Below are positions 41,056 through 49,597 of a stretch of DNA of 64,000 bases, piece by piece. The translations under genes were made by a program, and so were the position numbers. Under the pieces are notes generated by a model, which made no database searches, was not told where the DNA came from, and saw only the letters and a program-made list of their open reading frames with translations. Positions within the stretch are counted from its first letter, which is position 1. Each line of letters opens with the position of its first letter. This DNA comes from an uncultured Peptococcaceae bacterium (GTDB lineage Bacteria > Bacillota > Dehalobacteriia > UBA4068 > UBA4997), in assembly GCA_964569265.1 (NCBI GenBank), contig CAZMTO010000003.1, forward strand, positions 9,850-73,849. Direction: 5' to 3'.

Positions 41056-42849
41056 TTGAACGAAAAAAAATGGGTTTTGCGTGGCTGCAAAGTAAGTGCC
41101 GGTGAAATTTCGGCTATAGCACGTGATTATGCAATACCGGTATCGGCGGCCCGACTGCTGGCAGTGCGGGGCTTGGCCGACCGTGATGATATTGACGATT
41201 ATTTTTCGGACGAGCTGGGCTGCCTGCACGCCCCCGGCCGGCTTAAAGACCTTGATAAGGGCTGCGATATTTTGTGGCAGGCTATTTGCCGCGGTGATGA
41301 AATTGCCGTTTTTGGTGATTACGATGCCGACGGCATAACCTCTACCAGTATAATGTCGCTGGTGCTGCGGCGTCTAGGGGCTAACTTCAGGTATTACATA
41401 CCCCTGCGCGACACCGAAGGCTACGGTTTAAATTCGGCGGCGGTGCAGGCGCTGGCAGATGACGGCGTTAAGGTTTTGCTGACCCTGGACAACGGCATTG
41501 CTGCCTATGAACAGGTGCAGTTGGCCAAGCAGTTGGGGCTTACGGTAATAATTGCCGACCACCACGAAGTACCGTTTGACATATTGCCGCAGGGCAGCGT
41601 GTATAAGCTGCCGCCTGCCGATGCGGTTATTGACCCAAAGCAGCGCGATTGCGGATATCCGTTTAAATCGGTGTGCGCCGGTATGCTGGCTTATAAGCTG
41701 GCCGAACGTTTGTATGAGCTGGCCGGGCGTGATTGGCAGGCCGAACACATAGAATACCTGATTTTTGCCGCTATTGCCACTGTTTGCGATATTATGGATT
41801 TAACCGACGAAAACCGCAAACTGGTAAAATACGCTTTGGCTAACTTTGACAAGTCTCCGAACATTGGTTTAAAGGCCTTGTTAGAAGCTAACGGCTTGCA
41901 GGCTACCGCGCTTACGTCATATCATATCGGGTTTGTGCTGGGGCCGTGTATCAATGCCAGCGGCCGTCTGGAAAATGCTGCTCAGGCGGTGGAGCTGTTT
42001 TTGACCGAGGATATGGCCCACGCCAGAGAGCTGGCCGACCATTTGCTGTTGCTTAATGTGCGCCGCAAGGAACTTTCTGCCGAGGGTGTGGAAAAAATTA
42101 AGCAGGAGATTGATGCCCATAATTATGCCGATGCCAAGGTGTTGTTGGTGCATCAGCCGGATTTGCCGGAAAGTGTGGCGGGCATTGTGGCGGGCCGTAT
42201 AAAAGAGATTTATAACCGCCCGACCTTTGTGCTGGCCGGCGATAAAGATTTGGTTAAGGGCTCCGGGCGTTCGGTAGAAGGGTTTAATATGTTTAAGGCG
42301 CTGGTAGAATGTGCCGACCTGCTGGAAATGTTTGGCGGACATTTTATGGCTACCGGGCTTACCATAAAAGCCGAAAATATAGGTGAGCTGCGCCGCCGGC
42401 TTAACCAAAACTGCACTATGGATACCGCCGATATGCTGCCCACCGTTTATATTGATATGGCGCTACCGATAGAACGTGCCGTTGCCGGTATGGGCTTTGC
42501 CAAATTTTTGGCCGGTATGATGCCCTTTGGCCACGCTAACCCGGCGCCGCTGTTTGGGGATAAAGATTTGACGGTGCGGCGGATTCAGTTGTTGGGCAAG
42601 GATAAGCAGATGATACGCTTTTATTTTGCTGACCGTATGAAAAGCGGCCTTATCAGTGCCATATCTTTCCGCAAAAAGGATGAGTTTGAACAGATGGTGT
42701 TGTCGCTGGGCGGCGAAACTATGTGGCAGCACCTGTTAAAAGGTCAGCCGACAAACTTATCCGTAGATATTGTGTATTCTATAGAAATTAACGAATTTAG
42801 AGGTAATTCCAGCGTACAGTTGCAAATTAAGGATTTGCGGCTGCATTAA
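41056..42849 (+). CDS. recJ: Single-stranded-DNA-specific exonuclease RecJ
   Basis: DHH motifs (DYDADGITS, DHH) and the DHHA1 domain. Start uncertain (TTG 41056). Confidence 0.85.
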   Translation: MNEKKWVLRGCKVSAGEISAIARDYAIPVSAARLLAVRGLADRDDIDDYFSDELGCLHAPGRLKDLDKGCDILWQAICRGDEIAVFGDYDADGITSTSIMSLVLRRLGANFRYYIPLRDTEGYGLNSAAVQALADDGVKVLLTLDNGIAAYEQVQLAKQLGLTVIIADHHEVPFDILPQGSVYKLPPADAVIDPKQRDCGYPFKSVCAGMLAYKLAERLYELAGRDWQAEHIEYLIFAAIATVCDIMDLTDENRKLVKYALANFDKSPNIGLKALLEANGLQATALTSYHIGFVLGPCINASGRLENAAQAVELFLTEDMAHARELADHLLLLNVRRKELSAEGVEKIKQEIDAHNYADAKVLLVHQPDLPESVAGIVAGRIKEIYNRPTFVLAGDKDLVKGSGRSVEGFNMFKALVECADLLEMFGGHFMATGLTIKAENIGELRRRLNQNCTMDTADMLPTVYIDMALPIERAVAGMGFAKFLAGMMPFGHANPAPLFGDKDLTVRRIQLLGKDKQMIRFYFADRMKSGLISAISFRKKDEFEQMVLSLGGETMWQHLLKGQPTNLSVDIVYSIEINEFRGNSSVQLQIKDLRLH

Positions 42850-42865
42850 AAAGTGGGGAAGTTAT

Positions 42866-44188
42866 ATGAAGTTTTATATAAAAACCTTTGGCTGCCAGAT
42901 GAACGAGCATGATTCGGAGATAATTGCCGGCGTGCTCAGTCAAACCGGTTATCAACAGTGCAATGAGCTTGATGAAGCCGATATTATTGTTATAAATACC
43001 TGCTGCATACGGGAAAGCGCCGAAAATAAAATATGGGGTTACATAGGTAATCTTAAAAATGCCAAATATAAAAAAACCGGCGTAATAATTGCGGTTTTGG
43101 GCTGTATGACACAGCAGCCCGGACTTGAAGAACAGTTAAAGCGTATGGGCCGCCATTTGGATATTGTGCTGGGCACTTATCAGCAGCACCGCCTGCCGGA
43201 ATATATAAGCCGTGCTATGGCGGGAGAAGGGCAAATTGTTGATGTTTCGGAAGATAACAGGGATTTTCCGGATGTTTTGCCAAGCTGCCGCCGTGATACC
43301 ATAACCGCACAGGTAAACATAAATTACGGCTGCAACAATTTTTGTTCCTATTGTATTGTACCTTATGTGCGCGGGCGCGAGCGCAGCCGCGATATGGCCG
43401 CGATAATTGACGAGGTTAGAGACGCTGCTGCCCGCGGTATTAAAGAGGTTATGCTGCTGGGGCAAAATGTAAATTCTTACGGTAAAGACCTTGCCAAGGC
43501 CGGCATAGAAGCCGCACCGGATTTTGCCGCAGTGTTGCAGGCGGTAAACGCTGTGCCCGGCATTGAACGTATACGCTATATGAGTTCTCACCCGCGTGAT
43601 TTTTCGCCGGAATTGGTGGATGTTATTGCCGAGCTGCCCAAGGTAAACGCTTATTACCATTTGCCACTGCAATCCGGTTGTGATAAAACGCTTAAGGCGA
43701 TGAACCGCGGCTACGATACCGAGCGTTATTTTAGCATTATTGAACGTATACGAGAAAAAACGCCGTTGGCTGCCGTAACAACCGACCTGATAGTCGGCTT
43801 CCCCGGAGAAACCGAGGAAGATTTTGCACAAACGCTGGCTTTTGTTGAAAAGTGCCGCTTTGATGCGGCTTATACCTTTATATATTCGCCGCGCAGTGGT
43901 ACAGTAGCTGCTAAAATGCCTGATCAGGTGCCGTTGGCGGTTAAAAAAGAACGTTTGCAGCGCCTGACAGAGCTGCAAAACCGCATTAGTTTGGAAAAAA
44001 ACCAGGCTTATGTCGGCCGCACGGTGCGCGTGCTGGTAGAAGGCCCCAGTAAAAACAATGCCGATTACTATACGGGCCGCACCGACAGCAACAAAATAGT
44101 AATTTTTAAGGCGATGCCGGAAAATATAAATCAACTGGCAGAGCTGCAAATTACAGCCGCCAAAACGTGGCATTTAGAAGCGCTGTAA
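42866..44188 (+). CDS. miaB: tRNA-2-methylthio-N6-dimethylallyladenosine synthase
   Basis: UPF0004 N-domain, a radical-SAM CxxxCxxC (CNNFCSYC), and a TRAM domain. Confidence 0.9.
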   Translation: MKFYIKTFGCQMNEHDSEIIAGVLSQTGYQQCNELDEADIIVINTCCIRESAENKIWGYIGNLKNAKYKKTGVIIAVLGCMTQQPGLEEQLKRMGRHLDIVLGTYQQHRLPEYISRAMAGEGQIVDVSEDNRDFPDVLPSCRRDTITAQVNINYGCNNFCSYCIVPYVRGRERSRDMAAIIDEVRDAAARGIKEVMLLGQNVNSYGKDLAKAGIEAAPDFAAVLQAVNAVPGIERIRYMSSHPRDFSPELVDVIAELPKVNAYYHLPLQSGCDKTLKAMNRGYDTERYFSIIERIREKTPLAAVTTDLIVGFPGETEEDFAQTLAFVEKCRFDAAYTFIYSPRSGTVAAKMPDQVPLAVKKERLQRLTELQNRISLEKNQAYVGRTVRVLVEGPSKNNADYYTGRTDSNKIVIFKAMPENINQLAELQITAAKTWHLEAL

Positions 44189-44218
44189 TACGGGCAAATA
44201 TTTTTGGGGAGGTATTTT

Positions 44219-45097
44219 ATGGCTTATAACAGACCGCGATTTGGGGCAGGAGGCAACAGCGACGGTTTTTATGCTGCCGGTTACAAAAGCTCTTTAGATG
44301 CCTGCGAATACCTTTTTGGTATGGGGCTTACGGCTTATGAATACGAGGCTACGCATGGGGTGCGGCTTAGTGATGCTTTTTGTGTATCGATGGCTAAAAG
44401 TGCCAAGCTGTTTGATATTGCCTTGAGCATACACGCGCCCTATTATATAAATTTGGCCAGCCCGGACAGCGCCATAAGAGAAAAATCGGTGATGCATTTG
44501 CTGAAAGCCCTGCGTGCTGCCGACAAAATGGGAGCCGAAAGGGTAGTGTTTCACCCCGGTACGGTGGGCGAACAAAACCGTGAGCAGGCGCTGGAAAGTG
44601 CTGCCGAGCTGCTGGAGCAGGTTGTAAATTTGGCGGAACACGAAGGCCTGCTGCGGCAGATATATCTTTGCCCCGAAACTATGGGTAAGCCCGGCCAGTT
44701 GGGCACTTTGGGAGAAGTGCTGCGGCTTTGTGAGATAAGCTATATGGTGCGTCCGACCGTAGATTTTGCACACATCCACGCGCTGGGCGGCGGCAGCCTT
44801 AAAGAACGCCGCGACTTTGAGCGTATATTGCACAAAATTGCCCGCAAGCTGGGTGAAGATGCCGTAAATAACCTGCATATTCACTTTTCTCCTATAGAAT
44901 ATACCAAAGGCGGAGAAAAGCGCCACCGCATATTGGCTGAAAAGCAATTTGGGCCGGATTTTGGTTATTTAGCCGAAATTTTAGCTGAACAGGGCTGGTG
45001 CCCCACCATAATTTGTGAAAGTGCCGGTACGCAGGACGAAGATGCCGTAGCTTTTTACCGTATGTATATGGGCGCGCTTAGCAACATAGGCGGCTAA
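44219..45097 (+). CDS. AP endonuclease family 2 TIM-barrel protein (endonuclease IV/Nfo-like)
   Basis: The HAPYYINLASPD and VFHPG motifs resemble the Nfo HxSYLINLG and NFHPGS motifs. Start at ATG 44219 after gggagg. Confidence 0.6.
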   Translation: MAYNRPRFGAGGNSDGFYAAGYKSSLDACEYLFGMGLTAYEYEATHGVRLSDAFCVSMAKSAKLFDIALSIHAPYYINLASPDSAIREKSVMHLLKALRAADKMGAERVVFHPGTVGEQNREQALESAAELLEQVVNLAEHEGLLRQIYLCPETMGKPGQLGTLGEVLRLCEISYMVRPTVDFAHIHALGGGSLKERRDFERILHKIARKLGEDAVNNLHIHFSPIEYTKGGEKRHRILAEKQFGPDFGYLAEILAEQGWCPTIICESAGTQDEDAVAFYRMYMGALSNIGG

Positions 45098-45115
45098 AAT
45101 TTAAAAAATACTATT

Positions 45116-45144
45116 TACAGCCGCAAATATTTACGTTATAATAA
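45116..45144 (+). promoter_or_regulatory. Sigma-70-like promoter for the sdh operon (TTTACA, 17 nt spacer, TATAAT) with an approximately 150-nt leader
   Basis: Read directly. Confidence 0.5.
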
Positions 45145-45304
45145 TTATGTTGGGTTTATATATCCCAATGGATGAATGCACTTATCAGCCCTGTTTGGTC
45201 AAAATCGGCAATTTTGTTTGGCAGATGCTTGATTTGTGTTTTTTCATTTAAGCTGTTGTATCAAATTAAAAGGTTGTATGGGTTATTGGAAAGGGGAAAA
45301 GAAA

Positions 45305-45913
45305 TTGTCGAAGTTAAACTTTTTTATCAGCAGATTTCACTCTCTGATTGCATTGATTCCGCTGGGGATCTTCATCATTGTACATTTTCTGCTGAACAGC
45401 TCCATCTTTTTGGGCGCTGACGCACATAACTGGGTAATTGATTTTATGCAAAATGCGCCGTTTGTGGTGATTTTGGAACTGGTAATAATTGCCATTCCGA
45501 TCATCTTTCACGGTATTTATGGCATTTATGTAGTATATATGGCTAAAAATAACGTTTTGCGCTATAAATACTACCGTAATCTGTCGTTCTATTTGCAGCG
45601 CATTACCTCGCTTATTATGCTGGCCTTTTTGCTTTGGCACGTTTATACGCTGCGCATTGCACCGCATATTTCTGCCGAACCGGTACCCGGTATTGTCGAG
45701 ATTTTGCATAATCCGCTGTATTTTGTGCTGTATGTTATTGGCGTAATAGCAGCAATTTACCACTTTACCAACGGTCTGTTCACCTTTTGCATAACTTGGG
45801 GTATTTGCACCGGTGACCGCGCACAGAAGATTTTTGCCGTTTGTGCCGGCTTGGCCTTTATCGTGATGTCGCTTTGGGCTTGCGGCATTTTGCTGTGTCT
45901 GGCTGTAGCCTGA
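45305..45913 (+). CDS. sdhC: Succinate dehydrogenase/fumarate reductase cytochrome b subunit (Bacillus-type single 5-TM anchor)
   Basis: 5 TM with conserved His residues in helices. Start chosen at TTG 45305 after aaagggg, alternatively ATG 45278. Confidence 0.75.
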   Translation: MSKLNFFISRFHSLIALIPLGIFIIVHFLLNSSIFLGADAHNWVIDFMQNAPFVVILELVIIAIPIIFHGIYGIYVVYMAKNNVLRYKYYRNLSFYLQRITSLIMLAFLLWHVYTLRIAPHISAEPVPGIVEILHNPLYFVLYVIGVIAAIYHFTNGLFTFCITWGICTGDRAQKIFAVCAGLAFIVMSLWACGILLCLAVA

Positions 45914-45935
45914 ATATAAAAGGGGGATCATAATT

Positions 45936-47669
45936 ATGGAAAAAGCCAAAGTGGTAGTTGTCGGCGGCGGTTTGGCCGGCTTGATGTCTACCTTAAAAAT
46001 AACCGAAAAAAATATCCCGGTTGACCTTATATCCCTGGTACCGGTAAAGCGTTCACATTCGGTGTGTGCGCAGGGCGGTGTTAACGCTGCCTTAGATACC
46101 AAGGGCGAACACGACAGTGTTGATCAGCATTTTTATGATACTGTTTACGGCGGTGACTTTTTGGCCAACCAAACGCCGGTAAAGGGTATGGTAGAAAACG
46201 CCCCCGGGCTTATTTATGCTATGGACCGTATGGGCGTTATGTTTACCCGCACGCCGGAAGGTCTGCTGGATTTGCGCCGTTTTGGCGGTGTAAAAAATCA
46301 CCGTACTGCTTTTGCCGGCGCTACCACCGGCCAGCAACTGTTGTATACCTTAGACGAACAGGTGCGCCATAAGGAAGTTATGGGGCTGGTAAATAAGTAC
46401 GAAAACTGGGAAATGATCGACCTGATTATTGACGATAACGGCATTTGTAAGGGCGTAGTGGCGCAAGACCTTGCCACTATGGAGATTCGCTCGTTTGTGG
46501 CCGATGCCGTAGTTATTGCTACCGGTGGTGCCGGTATGATCTATGGTCGTTCCACCAACTCCATCATCAACACCGGTTCGGCAGCAGCCATTGTGTACCA
46601 GCATGGTGTGCCTTATGCCAACGGTGAGTTTGTACAAATTCACCCGACTGCTATGCCCGGCGACGATAAGCTGCGTTTGATGTCGGAATCGGCACGTGGC
46701 GACGGTGCCCGTGTATGGACTTATAAAGACGGTAAGCCATGGTATTTTTTGGAAGAAAAATATCCGTCTTACGGCAACTTGGTGCCGCGTGATATTGCTG
46801 CCCGTGAAATTTATGATGTCTGCGTAAATCAGGGGCTGGGTGTAGACGGCAAAAATCAGGTTTATCTGGATTTGAGCCACCTGCCGGAGGATTACCTGAA
46901 CAACCGCTTAAAGGGCATTATGGATATTTACCAGACCTTTTACGGTGACGATCCCAGAAAGGTGCCGATGAAGATTTACCCGGCAGTGCATTACTTTATG
47001 GGCGGTATTCACGTTAACTGGGAACACCAGACCAAAATACCCGGCCTGTTTGCCGCCGGTGAATGTGACTATATGTATCACGGTGCTAACCGTTTGGGTG
47101 CGAACTCGCTGCTTTCGGCAATGTACAGCGGCACGGTTTGCGGCCCTTCGGTAGTTAAATACATTAACGGCTTAAACAGCACGGCAGCCGATACCATTGG
47201 CAACCTGGCTGACCTGATGCAGAAGAAGCAGCAGGCAGAACACGAAAAGCTGATGAAGATGGACGGCAAGGAAAATCCGTATCAGCTGCACGACGAGATG
47301 AGCGATATTATGTACAAGCACGCTACCATTGTGCGTGTTAATAAAAATCTGGAAGAAACCGACATTAAATTGCAGGAATTCCAGGAGCGTTGGCATGATA
47401 TCAACATTACCGACTGCGGTGGGTATTCTAACCAGACCATTATGTATGTGCGTCAGTTGCGCGGTATGATGGACTTGGCCCGCGTTATTGTAGGCGGTGC
47501 CCTGCGCCGTAACGAAAGCCGCGGTTCTCACTATAAGCCGGAATTCCCCAAGCGTGATGACGAGAACTTCTTAAAGACTACGCTGGCTACCTATAACAAC
47601 GGTACGCCGGAATTCAGCTATGAAGAAGTAGATATCAGCCACATTAAACCGGTTGAACGTAAATATTAA
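45936..47669 (+). CDS. sdhA: Succinate dehydrogenase/fumarate reductase flavoprotein subunit
   Basis: FAD-binding GGGLAGL, the covalent-FAD His region SHSVCAQGG, and a C-terminal domain. Confidence 0.9.
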   Translation: MEKAKVVVVGGGLAGLMSTLKITEKNIPVDLISLVPVKRSHSVCAQGGVNAALDTKGEHDSVDQHFYDTVYGGDFLANQTPVKGMVENAPGLIYAMDRMGVMFTRTPEGLLDLRRFGGVKNHRTAFAGATTGQQLLYTLDEQVRHKEVMGLVNKYENWEMIDLIIDDNGICKGVVAQDLATMEIRSFVADAVVIATGGAGMIYGRSTNSIINTGSAAAIVYQHGVPYANGEFVQIHPTAMPGDDKLRLMSESARGDGARVWTYKDGKPWYFLEEKYPSYGNLVPRDIAAREIYDVCVNQGLGVDGKNQVYLDLSHLPEDYLNNRLKGIMDIYQTFYGDDPRKVPMKIYPAVHYFMGGIHVNWEHQTKIPGLFAAGECDYMYHGANRLGANSLLSAMYSGTVCGPSVVKYINGLNSTAADTIGNLADLMQKKQQAEHEKLMKMDGKENPYQLHDEMSDIMYKHATIVRVNKNLEETDIKLQEFQERWHDINITDCGGYSNQTIMYVRQLRGMMDLARVIVGGALRRNESRGSHYKPEFPKRDDENFLKTTLATYNNGTPEFSYEEVDISHIKPVERKY

Positions 47670-47683
47670 GGAGGCGAGCAAAG

Positions 47684-48460
47684 ATGGTAGATTTAAAGGA
47701 TGTAAAATATATAAAGCTTAAAATCAAACGTCGTGACGATCCTTCTTCGCCTTCGTACTGGCAGGATTTTCAGATACCGTATCGCCCTAATATGAATATT
47801 GTTTCGGTGTTGATGGAAATTCGCAAAAACCCCGTAACCGCAGACGGTACCAAAGTAAACCCCGTAGTGTGGGAATGTAACTGTCTGGAAGAAGTTTGCG
47901 GTGCCTGCTCTATGCTTATTAACGGTGTGCCGCGTCAGGCCTGTGCGGCGCTTACCGATAAACTGATTGAAAAGTACGGCGACAGACCCATCCAGTTGGA
48001 ACCGCTGACCAAGTTCCCGGTGATTCGCGATTTGATGGTAGACCGTCAGAAGATGTTCAACAATTTGAAGCGCGTTAAGGCGTGGGTAAATGTTGACGGT
48101 AGCTGGGCTATTGATCGTGGTCCCAGACTTTCTCAGAAAGACCAGAAGATAGCCTACGAAATTGCCCATTGTATGACTTGTGGCTGCTGCCTGGAGGCTT
48201 GCCCCAACTATAATGAGAAAACTAACTTTGTTGGCCCTAACGCTATTGCACAGGTGCGTATGTTTAATATGCACGCCATTGGCCGTATGCAGGCTGATGA
48301 ACGTTTGGAAGCACTTACTGACAAGGGTGGTATACAAACCTGTGGTAACTCTCAGAACTGCAAGCGCGTTTGCCCCAAGCATATTAACCTTACGCAGCAT
48401 ATTGCCGCTATGAACCGTCAGGCAAATGCTTATGTGTTAAAGAGCTTTTTAGACAAGTAA
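47684..48460 (+). CDS. sdhB: Succinate dehydrogenase/fumarate reductase iron-sulfur subunit
   Basis: 2Fe-2S, 4Fe-4S and 3Fe-4S cysteine clusters (CxxxxCxxC, CxxCxxCxxxCP). Confidence 0.9.
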   Translation: MVDLKDVKYIKLKIKRRDDPSSPSYWQDFQIPYRPNMNIVSVLMEIRKNPVTADGTKVNPVVWECNCLEEVCGACSMLINGVPRQACAALTDKLIEKYGDRPIQLEPLTKFPVIRDLMVDRQKMFNNLKRVKAWVNVDGSWAIDRGPRLSQKDQKIAYEIAHCMTCGCCLEACPNYNEKTNFVGPNAIAQVRMFNMHAIGRMQADERLEALTDKGGIQTCGNSQNCKRVCPKHINLTQHIAAMNRQANAYVLKSFLDK

Positions 48461-48481
48461 GTTGATAACAGTAATACAAAA

Positions 48482-48514
48482 ATACCCGACTGTTGCGGCC
48501 GGGTATTTTTTTTG
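48482..48514 (+). terminator. Terminator after sdhB (ATACCCG/CGGGTAT stem followed by T8)
   Basis: Read directly. Confidence 0.7.
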
Positions 48515-48537
48515 TCAAAATATTACAAAAATTTCTC

Positions 48538-48566
48538 TTTACAAATGTCGTTAAAAATGGTATCAT
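48538..48566 (+). promoter_or_regulatory. tRNA promoter (TTTACA, 17 nt spacer, TATCAT)
   Basis: Positioned about 13 nt upstream of the tRNA 5' end. Confidence 0.5.
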
Positions 48567-48579
48567 ATAAAAGTATTTT

Positions 48580-48653
48580 GCGGGTGTAGTTTAATGGTAG
48601 AACAAGAGCTTCCCAAGCTTTCGGCGAGGGTTCGATTCCCTTCACCCGCTCCA
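48580..48653 (+). tRNA. tRNA-Gly (anticodon CCC), CCA encoded
   Basis: Manual fold. Acceptor stem GCGGGTG/CACCCGC, D-loop AGTTTAATGGTAGAAC, anticodon stem AGAGC/GCTTT with loop TTCCCAA, and T-arm GGTTCGATTCC. Confidence 0.85.
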
Positions 48654-48667
48654 TAACAGCATAACAG

Positions 48668-48693
48668 GCCGTACCGTTGGGTATGGCTTTTTT
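48668..48693 (+). terminator. Terminator after the tRNA (GCCGTACC/GGTATGGC stem followed by T6)
   Basis: Read directly. Confidence 0.7.
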
Positions 48694-48727
48694 GTTGCTT
48701 ATTTTATCCAACAGTTAAAAACAGCAA

Positions 48728-48762
48728 AAGTCCCACTCTCGGTTGAGGGTGGGACTTTTTAT
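48728..48762. terminator. Bidirectional hairpin (AGTCCCACTCTC/GAGGGTGGGACT) serving as the terminator for the minus-strand collagen-like gene
   Basis: 12-bp near-perfect stem with T-rich tracts on both strands. Confidence 0.6.
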
Positions 48763-48765
48763 ACG

Positions 48766-49467
48766 TTAACCTATTTGCACAATAGTAAGGTAACCGACCA
48801 CATTAGTGCCGGTGCCGGTAAAACTAACGGCAGCGTCTGCGGTAATTTGGATATTTAATGTAGAGCCCGCAGTTGCCGGGACTATGGCAGATGCGCCGGT
48901 AGTGTCGTTGTTTACCAAAGCCCGCTTGGTGCCGGCAAGTTCGGCACCGTTTACGTAAATTGATACTGCGTCACCGGTTTCTACAGTGCCGGGGGTAACC
49001 GCAAAGTCAATTTTATAAATACCAGCATTGGGCAGGGTGACAACTCCGGTGGTAGTGTTCAATGTAATATCCTTGGCAGCAATGGTGTTTGCCAGGGGGA
49101 AGGCGCCGCCGCCTGCGGGTATAGTAACTTCTCCCGTGGCGTAGAAAGAACCAAAGCTGGCTGCGTTAGCCGTACCGGCAGGGCCTTGGGGGCCTGTAGC
49201 ACCGGCAGCACCTGTTGCACCACGGGGGCCTTGGGGCCCGGCAGGGCCGGTAGCACCGCAAGGAATGATAAAGTTTAAGACAGCGTTGGTAGCCGTGCCG
49301 GAATTGCTAACCCCGGCAGGAATATCCGGCTCGGCGGTAATAACCGTGCCAATTGCTACAGTAGATGCTTCGGGGCAACAGCAGGGGCAACACCGATTGC
49401 AGTTGTTGCAGTTGCAGCTATTGCCGTTGCGGTTTATATTAAAATTGTTGCCAAAACAGTTTGCCAT
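48766..49467 (-). CDS. BclA-like collagen triple-helix repeat protein: Cys/Asn-rich N-terminus, G-X-Y repeats, and a BclA/C1q-like C-terminal domain
   Basis: N-terminus MANCFGNNFNINRNGNSCNCNNCNRCCPCCCPE. Then roughly 10 GXY triplets (GATGPAGPQGPRGATGAAGATGPQGPAG). The C-terminal approximately 140 aa have the same order of conserved blocks as the Bacillus BclA C-domain (FNSGG, GFYKI, VNG, IQ..T, terminal hydrophobic). RBS aaaggag 9 nt before the ATG. Confidence 0.7.
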   Translation of the reverse strand: MANCFGNNFNINRNGNSCNCNNCNRCCPCCCPEASTVAIGTVITAEPDIPAGVSNSGTATNAVLNFIIPCGATGPAGPQGPRGATGAAGATGPQGPAGTANAASFGSFYATGEVTIPAGGGAFPLANTIAAKDITLNTTTGVVTLPNAGIYKIDFAVTPGTVETGDAVSIYVNGAELAGTKRALVNNDTTGASAIVPATAGSTLNIQITADAAVSFTGTGTNVVGYLTIVQIG

Positions 49468-49555
49468 ATATAATCGCTCCTTTTAGCTGTGCTTTGTATA
49501 TGGTATATTATGCTGCGCCGGGGCAGTGGGTTACTGCCCGGCTAAAATTTGGCAA

Positions 49556-49587
49556 TAAAAAAGGATAGTCGCTGTGACTATCCTTTT
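49556..49587 (-). terminator. Terminator of glnN (AGGATAGTC/GACTATCCT stem followed by a U-tract on the minus strand)
   Basis: Read directly. Confidence 0.7.
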
Positions 49588-49597
49588 TATATATATT

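Noticed and set aside
45172-45420. 82-aa ORF overlapping the sdh leader and the sdhC start
   Set aside because: It sits in the sdh promoter and leader and overlaps the sdhC start. It has no RBS and no conserved features.
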